A DNA stretch of 64,000 nucleotides, taken from an uncultured Elusimicrobia bacterium (GTDB lineage: Bacteria; Elusimicrobiota; Elusimicrobia; Elusimicrobiales; UBA9959). The position numbers and the translations under genes were made by a program. The notes beneath the pieces are model-generated. The model worked only from the letters and a program-made list of their open reading frames with translations. It ran no database searches and had not been told where the DNA came from. The stretch lies in contig CAISZM010000003.1 in assembly GCA_903889965.1 (NCBI GenBank), positions 54,834-118,833 on the forward strand, written 5' to 3'. Below are positions 35,283 to 42,807 of this stretch, one piece after another. The number at the start of each line of letters is the position of its first letter. Positions within the stretch are counted from its first letter, which is position 1.

Positions 35283-36904
35283 CGTGTATTATAGTACACG
35301 AACAGTACAATATCGGCCATATCTGTACCCGCCTGCAATGCGAGCGGGGACTCGGGGCTAAAACGGCATTCCGATGGATATCCGCGCACCAGGAGCGTGT
35401 CGATTACAGTTTTGCCGATCTTGACCGGGAATCCAGCAAGTTCTCCACCATCCTGCGGTCTCTCGGTTTTGCGCGCGGAGACATTCTGTTCACCTTCCTG
35501 CCCAAAATTCCCGAACAGTTCTTTTGTTTTTTGGGGGCATTAAAACTTCAGGCCATTTGCGGCACATTATTTTCCAGTTTTGGCGACGAAGCTATCGTGG
35601 ATAGGCTGGGAGATGCGGGGGCCAAAGGCCTGGTGACCAAAAAGAGCCTGCTTAAAAAGATAGCGCGCGTCCGCGGCCAGCTTCCGCAACTGAAATATAT
35701 AATCGTAGTAGATATTGAAGAACACATTTCAGATGATGTTCTTAGCTATCCTGCGCTGATGCGCAAGGCATCCTCCGATTTTACGGCCCCGCTGACCGCG
35801 CCCGATACCCCCTCTGTGCTGCACTACACCTCCGGTTCCACCGGCAAACCCAAAGGTGTGCTGCATGTTCACCGGAGCGTGCTGCACCAGAGCCGGACCG
35901 CGCGGGAAGTGCTGCAGTTGACGGGCTCCGATATTTTCTGGTGCACTGCCGACCAAGGCTGGGTTACCGGTACGGCTTATGGCATTATCGGCCCCTGGAG
36001 CCTCGGCATTACACAGGTCCACTACGGCGGCGGCTATGACGCCAAACTCTGGCTCGATCTTCTTGAAAGAGAAGCCGTTACCGTTTGGTACTCTGCCCCG
36101 ACCGCCCTTCGTATGCTGATGAGAGAAGACGCCAAGCTTTACATGGGTTATAAGCTGGGCTCGCTACGGCATATCTTCAGCGTGGGTGAGCCTCTCAATC
36201 CCGAAGTGATCAGCTGGGCGCGCGCCACGCTCGGAAAAAGTATTTATGACACCTGGTTCCAGACCGAAACCGGCGGCATCATGATCAGCAACCGTCCCGG
36301 ACTTGAGATCAGGCCCGGATCGATGGGGAAGCCGGTCAACGGGATCGAGGCCGCGATTATCGCCGATAACGGTGAAGTGCTCGGTAGCGGCCGGCAGGGA
36401 GCCCTCTGCCTGAAATCCGGCTGGCCGTCCATGTTTATCTCATATCTGAACAATGACACGATTTACAACCAAAAATTCCACCATGAGTATTACCACACCG
36501 GGGACACGGCGGTTCGTGACAGCGACGGTTATTACTGGTTCAAGGGGCGCAGTGACGATATCATAAACACCGCCGGTCACTTAATAAGCCCTTTTGAGAT
36601 AGAGAGCGCCCTGCTTGAGGTAGAAGAAGTTGCCGAAGCCGGAGTGATAGGGGCACCGGATGCTCTTCTGTTCGAAAAGGTGGTCGCTTTCGTCTGCCTC
36701 CACAAACAATATGACTGGTCCAAGGAGTTGGAAGTTAAGATTAGGCTTTATGTAAGCAATAAGGTTTCGTCAATGGCGACCCCGCAGGAGATCGCTATAG
36801 TTGATAGTATTCCCAAGAATAAAAGCGGAAAGATAATGCGGCGGGTCCTCAGGGCCCGCTATCTGGGGCAGGATGCCGGTGACATTTCCACAATGGAGGA
36901 TTAA
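35279..36904 (+). CDS. Adenylate-forming ligase, acetyl/short-chain acyl-CoA synthetase-like
   Basis: The GTG start overlaps the previous stop (GTGA). Motifs seen are YTSGSTGKPKGV, DTWFQTETGG, YHTGD, GRSDDIINTAGHLISPFEIESAL and KNKSGKIMRRVLRA. Confidence 0.85.
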   Translation: MTCIIVHEQYNIGHICTRLQCERGLGAKTAFRWISAHQERVDYSFADLDRESSKFSTILRSLGFARGDILFTFLPKIPEQFFCFLGALKLQAICGTLFSSFGDEAIVDRLGDAGAKGLVTKKSLLKKIARVRGQLPQLKYIIVVDIEEHISDDVLSYPALMRKASSDFTAPLTAPDTPSVLHYTSGSTGKPKGVLHVHRSVLHQSRTAREVLQLTGSDIFWCTADQGWVTGTAYGIIGPWSLGITQVHYGGGYDAKLWLDLLEREAVTVWYSAPTALRMLMREDAKLYMGYKLGSLRHIFSVGEPLNPEVISWARATLGKSIYDTWFQTETGGIMISNRPGLEIRPGSMGKPVNGIEAAIIADNGEVLGSGRQGALCLKSGWPSMFISYLNNDTIYNQKFHHEYYHTGDTAVRDSDGYYWFKGRSDDIINTAGHLISPFEIESALLEVEEVAEAGVIGAPDALLFEKVVAFVCLHKQYDWSKELEVKIRLYVSNKVSSMATPQEIAIVDSIPKNKSGKIMRRVLRARYLGQDAGDISTMED

Positions 36905-36906
36905 TA

Positions 36907-37143
36907 ATGGAATTACAGGACAGATTAAACAAGGTTTTCCGTGAGGTGTTCGATGAGGACGATATCAACATCACTCCCGGGACAACGGCAAATGATATAG
37001 ACGGCTGGGATTCCCTGTCGCATGTGAACCTGATCGTCGCTATTGAGACAAAATTCGGGATCAGGTTCTCCCAAAAGGAACTGCTTACATTTAAAAATGT
37101 CGGCGATATGCTCAACAGTATCCGCAGTAAGCTGAAACCTTGA
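36907..37143 (+). CDS. Acyl/peptidyl carrier protein
   Basis: 78 aa. The phosphopantetheine site is DGWDSLSHV. It starts 2 nt after the ligase stop. Confidence 0.85.
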   Translation: MELQDRLNKVFREVFDEDDINITPGTTANDIDGWDSLSHVNLIVAIETKFGIRFSQKELLTFKNVGDMLNSIRSKLKP

Positions 37144-37152
37144 CCCCGCATT

Positions 37153-38608
37153 ATGCCATTCAACTCTCTTCAATACTTCCTTTTTTTACCGTTCATTTAC
37201 CTGTTATTTTATTTTGCGGGCGACCGGACGCGGTGGTTCGTGCTGCTGGCAGCAAGTCTCCTGTTCTACGCGGCGTTGGATGTTCCTTACTTGCTGGCGA
37301 TTTTGACGCTGGTCGTCGTCACGACCTATTGCTTCGGCATATTCGCGGGGCGGGCTAAAACCACGAAGGGCAAACTGTGGATGTTATGGGGCGGAATAGC
37401 GGCTAATGTCCTTGTCCTGGTTGCCATGAAATATCTGCCTTTCGTCTCGGCAAACCTGAACGCGCTGGCGTCGCTTTTTTCCGTTAATGCCCAGATCCAG
37501 CCGGTCAAAGCCTTGGTTGCAATAGGGGTTTCTTTTTATGTTTTCCAGGCCATCTCCTATCTGATCGATATCTACCTTGAAATTACAAAACCGGAGCCGC
37601 ACTTGGGCTACTTCGCCCTATCCCTCGCATTTTTTCCAAAATTGCTGCAGGGGCCTATCGAGCGGTCCGGCGACCTGCTGCCGCAGCTGAAGGCGAAATA
37701 TGAGTTCAATTATGAGAATATGCGTTTTGGCCTGCTGCTGTTCGCCTGGGGGGCTGTTCAAAAAAGTTGTGATTGCTGACCGTCTCGGCCTCTTTGTTGA
37801 CGCCGTTTATGACAATGTCCACGGCTTCACTGGCTTGCCGCTGCTGGTGGCCACCTACGCCTATTCATTCCAGATCTATATGGATTTTTCGGGCTATACT
37901 GACATGGCGCTCGGCAGCGCGTGGCTTTTCAATATTAACCTGACACAGAACTTCAACAGTCCCTACCTTGCCGCGTCGGTGGCCGATTTCTGGCGGCGCT
38001 GGCATATCAGCTTTTCCCGCTGGCTGTTCGACTATCTTTTTAAACCTCTGCAGATGCATTGGCGCGACTGGAAGACCCTGGGTACCGCCGCCGCGCTTTT
38101 CGTCACCTTCCTTATTTCGGGGCTCTGGCATGGGGCAAGCTGGGGGTTTGTGGCGTGGGGGCTTTTGCACGGAGCGTATCTGGCCTGTTCCGTTTTCTAC
38201 AGGCCCTACCAGAAAAAACTGCATGCCACCCTGGGGCTTGCGAAAACCAGGCTTCTGGCCCGCTGGCAGATATTCGCGACATTTAACCTTGTAAGCTTCG
38301 CGTGGATATTTTTCAGGGCGAATAGCGGGCGGCAGGCTTTATATATTATTTCGCACATATTCAGCGATTGGCACTGGGCCCGCTTCAGATTCGATATTCC
38401 ATTCGAGCATGAAAATCTTGTTTTAACAGGACTATCTCTCCTGGGTTATTTTTTAATCACACATCACCTTACCGGGGGGAAAAGCATCCTGGATTTAAGC
38501 CGCACAAACGGATTTTACGGGTATCTCATGTGCAGCACACTGCTTTTAATGATTTTTTTATTAGGCAATTATTATCAAACTAAAAGTTTCATCTACTTCC
38601 AATTCTGA
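37153..38608 (+). pseudogene. MBOAT-family membrane O-acyltransferase (DltB/AlgI-like), interrupted by a +1 frameshift in a G6 tract
   Basis: ORFs 37153..37779 and 37700..38608 are the N- and C-terminal parts of one MBOAT. Deleting one G from 37748-37753 gives the continuous sequence FAWGLFKKVVIADRL. The catalytic His context WRRWHISFSRW is in the second part. Confidence 0.8.
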
Positions 38609-38723
38609 CCCATGAGAATATTAGTCCGGCAGATAATTCTTATCACATTGCCGACACTGATTCGTTTAAAGAGCTGATTGCAGACCCTGTCACGCGAAAA
38701 ACTTTGCGGATTTATGGCGGCAC

Positions 38724-39737
38724 ATGAAAAATAAAACTCTGATATTTATTTTCTGGACATTGCTCTGCGGATTGCTCCTTGCCGCTGTAGAAGATTACTT
38801 AAAAGTATGGGGCGAGGGGCGGCTGCCAGCGAATGTGATATACTCGGGATTAAAAAATGCCCCAGAAGTGTTAATTTTCGGGAACTCCAGGGCCAAGGCA
38901 GGGATAATACCCGAAGTTCTCCGGCCGGCATTTCGCAAGTCAGGATGCCGCAATGACCGGATTTACAATATTGCTATGGGCGGAACGAAGATATCGGTCC
39001 AATATTTCGTATTAAAAAAGCTAATTGGCACGGGGTGGAAACCGAAATATCTTATTTATGGCTTTGTTGATAACGAATTGACCCAAACCGATATTGCCAA
39101 TGATTATTCTCTGGCAGAGGTCATTCAGTGGCGCAATCTTGCGGAAGTGCTTGAGGCTGGCGGCTTTTCGTCGAAGGAGCGTGATGATGATATCGATCTG
39201 GTCTTTAGGAAACTGAGCCGTGTTTGGCGATATAGAGAAATCATACGCGATGTGCTTATTAAGCAATGGCTTCTCCATCAGAATGTGGCAAATGCGAAGA
39301 CAGACATGGGTCAAGATGGGTTTCAGGATTACAGGGATATTGTGCGCAAGACAACCGTAAAATTATTAAAAGTATCAGAAGGTGCGACTTTAACAGAACT
39401 GCGCCAAGACAATAAAGCCTGGGACTTCAAACCCGAGGGAACATATTTGGATAAGGTAGTGCAATTATGTTCCGCTAATAATATCAAGCTCCTATTTGTT
39501 CATATGCCGGTGACCGGGCTGCATAGAAAAGATATAAGCGGCGAGTGCGCCTGGTGCGGCGGTTATTCCAATAGTCTTCTGGGTTACCTCAAAAAAAAGG
39601 GGGTTGTGCTTCTTGATTTAAAGGATGCCGTCCCGGATGAAGATCTGCCGGATACCATGCATTTGTCCTTGGAAGGGGCTGGAAAGTTCTCGAAGATATT
39701 GGCGCAGAAGATCAGCGAACTGGGAATAGTGCCATGA
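38724..39737 (+). CDS. N-anchored DltD-like / SGNH-like protein
   Basis: It has an N-terminal TM anchor, a block-I-like FGNSRA (Ser), a block-V-like DTMHL (DxxH) near the C-terminus, and sits directly after the MBOAT. Confidence 0.5.
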   Translation: MKNKTLIFIFWTLLCGLLLAAVEDYLKVWGEGRLPANVIYSGLKNAPEVLIFGNSRAKAGIIPEVLRPAFRKSGCRNDRIYNIAMGGTKISVQYFVLKKLIGTGWKPKYLIYGFVDNELTQTDIANDYSLAEVIQWRNLAEVLEAGGFSSKERDDDIDLVFRKLSRVWRYREIIRDVLIKQWLLHQNVANAKTDMGQDGFQDYRDIVRKTTVKLLKVSEGATLTELRQDNKAWDFKPEGTYLDKVVQLCSANNIKLLFVHMPVTGLHRKDISGECAWCGGYSNSLLGYLKKKGVVLLDLKDAVPDEDLPDTMHLSLEGAGKFSKILAQKISELGIVP

Positions 39738-40504
39738 AAAACAACTTTATTATTCCAGGCCTGGGTTTTGCCCTCTCAATCGCGTTTACAGCACTTTATC
39801 ATGCCCTGCCATCCCTATCGGCCGCCATCAGCGGAGCACCCGCCCCTCCCCATAATCCCACTGCCGCTGGCGTGCGCCGGGATACCGTTTATCCGATCAG
39901 CAAGATCAATGTGGTCATGTTGGGCGATTCGCTGACATTTAACGCTAATTGGAACAGGTTAATGGGAAGGATGGATATAGTTAATCTGGGCGTTCCGGGG
40001 GATACGACTGCCGGCATTTTACAGAGGCTGGAATATGTGTACGACCTCCATCCGAAGGTCTGTTTCATTATGGGCGGGATCAATGATATTTCTTCAGGGA
40101 GGACAGAAGACGAGATTATGGGGAGTTACAAAACAATTGTGGCGGGACTTAAGGAACACGGCATCATTCCCGTCGTCCAATCGACCTTATGCACGGCTAG
40201 GGACAACCCTGAGGTCCTGCGGTTGAATAAGCTGTTGCGTTCCTATTGCGCAGCCAATGGTATCGAATATGTCGACCTTAATGAATACATGTCACGCAAT
40301 GGCAGATTAATCGGTGATTATACCTGGGATGGCGTCCATTTATCCGACGCGGGTTACAATAAATGGGAGGAAAAAGTCCTGCCGCTGGTAAATGAATATG
40401 CGGATCATCAGGAGCGCCCTGCCGGGGCGGTCATTACGCAGCCCACCCCCTCCAATGATATCCGGAGCGGCGCACCGTCCCAAAAGATGGGCGCTCGCAA
40501 ATAA
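39734..40504 (+). CDS. SGNH/GDSL esterase-acyltransferase, exported
   Basis: There is an ATGA overlap with the upstream gene. It has VVMLGDSLT (block I), LGVPGDT (II), GGINDI (III) and DGVHLS (V). Confidence 0.8.
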   Translation: MKNNFIIPGLGFALSIAFTALYHALPSLSAAISGAPAPPHNPTAAGVRRDTVYPISKINVVMLGDSLTFNANWNRLMGRMDIVNLGVPGDTTAGILQRLEYVYDLHPKVCFIMGGINDISSGRTEDEIMGSYKTIVAGLKEHGIIPVVQSTLCTARDNPEVLRLNKLLRSYCAANGIEYVDLNEYMSRNGRLIGDYTWDGVHLSDAGYNKWEEKVLPLVNEYADHQERPAGAVITQPTPSNDIRSGAPSQKMGARK

Positions 40505-40800
40505 CAGTCTCCATTCCCACGATTTTAAGATTTTCCGCCTTTTTCCCCGCAGTCGGGAGAAGGCGCGGAGCTCTCGCAAAGAACGGCCGGCAGCGTAAAT
40601 TCCCAAACAACTCCCGCAGCCAGGCCGCCGAAGCGTGCCCAGTTATCCGCGTAAGACGCCAGCATTCCCAGTGACACCTGGGAGATGCCCCATACCAACA
40701 GGCCCGCGCCTATGCGGCGGTGCGCAGGCGGACGACGGCTGTGTTCAGAGGTAATTTTCAGGTCGGGAACCGCTTGGATCGCTCACGCTGTAAACACGGT

Positions 40801-41433
40801 TCAGGGAACTTGCGCGGCCCCGTACGACTCTGACTGGCTCCAGCCAAAAGCCTCCGGGAACTCCGTATACGTAAGCAACTGAACCGCCGTTATCATCAGG
40901 AGGACAGCCCAAGCCATGTGAAATGAGCGGCGGCGCGAAACAAGATTCTCAGCCTTCAATATTACGGCCAGTATGAGGGTGGCGCACATCGGGGCGTGGC
41001 GGAACATCACCTGATGCCAAGCTTCTCCGTTCACGCGCCAGGCAAGCATAACGTACAGTACGCCGCATAAGGCAAACGCAAAAAGCGATGTGGCGACCCA
41101 GTTCCCGCTATTCCGGCCGGCCGGGTCCTGCCCGAGCCTGCTCAGACCCGCCGCGGCCAGAAGGCCCGCCATAGCCAGGAATACATAAAAGCCCCTGCGC
41201 GCGTCGAGGGCGGCGCTCATGCCATCGAGGCTCCATTCCCCCGGCATAGCGAATATTATGAACGGTATAGCGATAGCCGCGGCCAGCAGAGCCAGCGGTC
41301 CTATCAGCGCGGCGCCCCGGCCGGGCCGATCCATAGAATAAGCTTCGGCCGCACCCAGCACCAAAAACGCGGCTCCCTGCACCACGTGTATCAGCGTTGA
41401 GGCCCGGGAGAAACTGTCGTAATCAATGATCAT
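40801..41433 (-). CDS. Polytopic membrane protein (about 6 TM), hypothetical
   Basis: It has hydrophobic segments throughout. Its start overlaps the stop of the upstream 114-aa gene by 4 nt. Confidence 0.55.
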   Translation of the reverse strand: MIIDYDSFSRASTLIHVVQGAAFLVLGAAEAYSMDRPGRGAALIGPLALLAAAIAIPFIIFAMPGEWSLDGMSAALDARRGFYVFLAMAGLLAAAGLSRLGQDPAGRNSGNWVATSLFAFALCGVLYVMLAWRVNGEAWHQVMFRHAPMCATLILAVILKAENLVSRRRSFHMAWAVLLMITAVQLLTYTEFPEAFGWSQSESYGAAQVP

Positions 41434-41774
41434 TTTTTTCTTCCCTTTTTAACCCCGCCCCTCAGGTAAATATAAAGGCCGGCCAGCGCCGCGCCCACGA
41501 AGATCAACCACTGCGGTCTGAAAAAGCCGCTGTCCGGCGCCGTGGCCGGCGCTGAGGAAACCTGCACCGCGGCCGCGGCGGGAGCGGGGGCCGCCGGTCC
41601 CTTTTTCTCCGCGGCGGCGGCGCTGGCGGCGGCTTGAGCGGCTTCAAGGAAAGGCAATTGCTTTTTCGCGCCGTCCGAACAGGAACCTGAATTATTCTGG
41701 CAGTCGGCCGCGCCGGAGGGGGAGGGGAGGGCCGCGCAGAGCGGCAGAAGGAGGAGAAGAGCCGTTATTCTCAT
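41430..41774 (-). CDS. Ala/Pro-rich exported protein with C-terminal TM segment and basic tail
   Basis: A signal peptide and an AAxAA/PAPA low-complexity region are followed by WLIFVGAALAGLYIYL and RGGVKKGRKK. There is a 4-nt overlap with the nitroreductase gene. Confidence 0.5.
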   Translation of the reverse strand: MRITALLLLLPLCAALPSPSGAADCQNNSGSCSDGAKKQLPFLEAAQAAASAAAAEKKGPAAPAPAAAAVQVSSAPATAPDSGFFRPQWLIFVGAALAGLYIYLRGGVKKGRKK

Positions 41775-42325
41775 ATTTTATTGTATGAACCGAATTTTTC
41801 CATAAGTTTTCTCGGCCGCTGCGCCGGAGCCTCATCAGGGCTGCCCACGGCGATAAGGACCTCTATCCTGCGCCCCGGACCAAGACCCAGCGCCCTGGCC
41901 CCCGCTTTCGCCGCGAACCAGCCTATCCAGCATGTGCCCAGCCCCTGCTCGGCGGCCTCAAGCACGAAATGTTCCGCGGCTATCCCGATATCCATAAGGC
42001 GGAAATCGGTGCGCTGGACCTGGTTTCCCAGCCAGGCGCTGAGCTTTCCGGTGTCGGAAACCACCGCCACGATGACCGGAGCCGCGGCGGCGAACTTGCA
42101 CGCCGAATACACTCCGGAAAAAACCGCGCCGCAGAATTTTTCCTTAAGAGCCGGCTCGTCAACCACCACGAACCTGTAAGGCTGGGCGTTGCAGGCCGAC
42201 GGGGCCAGCCGCGCAGCTTCGAGGCAGAGATCAAGCTTAGTCCTGTCCACCGGGTCCGGCTTAAATTTGCGTATGCTGCGGCGCGCGGACGCCAGCGCGA
42301 GAAAGCGCGATTCAGACATAGCCAT
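41771..42325 (-). CDS. Nitroreductase-family flavoprotein
   Basis: It has RRSIRKFKPDPV, APSACNAQPYRFVVV and a later TCWIGWF region. 184 aa. Confidence 0.8.
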   Translation of the reverse strand: MAMSESRFLALASARRSIRKFKPDPVDRTKLDLCLEAARLAPSACNAQPYRFVVVDEPALKEKFCGAVFSGVYSACKFAAAAPVIVAVVSDTGKLSAWLGNQVQRTDFRLMDIGIAAEHFVLEAAEQGLGTCWIGWFAAKAGARALGLGPGRRIEVLIAVGSPDEAPAQRPRKLMEKFGSYNKI

Positions 42326-42416
42326 ATTTTATAATATAGAAAGACGATTTGGATTTGCTGAATTTAAAGATTTGATCGCTTCGGGCGATCCATACACGCA
42401 TTAACCGGATAAAAAT

Positions 42417-42749
42417 ATGAAAAATTGGGAAGAAGGCGTTAATTTTTCCGTTACAGTGTGCGACACCGGCGGAAGAATACTTAAGATGAACCGCAAAGCC
42501 GCGGAAACTTTCAAAATGACCGGCGGGGAAACCGCTGGCAAAGATCTGCTGGACTGCCACCCGGAACCGGCGCGGTCAAAATTAAAAAAAATGCTGGCCG
42601 CACCCTTCACCAACGTCTACACCATAGAAAAGAAGGGCTTGAAGAAACTTATCTACCAGACACCCTGGTACGAAGACGGCAAACCCGCCGGCCTGGTGGA
42701 GCTTTCTTTCGAGATCCCCGCGGACATGCCGCACTTTATCAGGAAATAG
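42417..42749 (+). CDS. Stand-alone PAS-domain protein (110 aa)
   Basis: The PAS-like core is VTVCDTGGRILKMNRKAAETFKMTGGETAGKDLLDCHPE. No output domain is attached. Confidence 0.55.
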   Translation: MKNWEEGVNFSVTVCDTGGRILKMNRKAAETFKMTGGETAGKDLLDCHPEPARSKLKKMLAAPFTNVYTIEKKGLKKLIYQTPWYEDGKPAGLVELSFEIPADMPHFIRK

Positions 42750-42807
42750 ACCCAATGCCGCCCGGCAGGCCTGCCGTTACCTTACAACAACCCTAAATAG
42801 ATATTGT

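Noticed and set aside
40527-40770. A minus-strand frame reading ...IGAGLLVWGISQVSLGMLASYADNWARFGGLAAGVVWEFTLPAVLCE..., which looks like a membrane-protein fragment at the island border.
   Set aside because: It has no ATG/GTG start with an RBS (the frame opens just after a TGA), it is short, and I recognised no family. It may be a gene remnant but cannot be supported as a feature.
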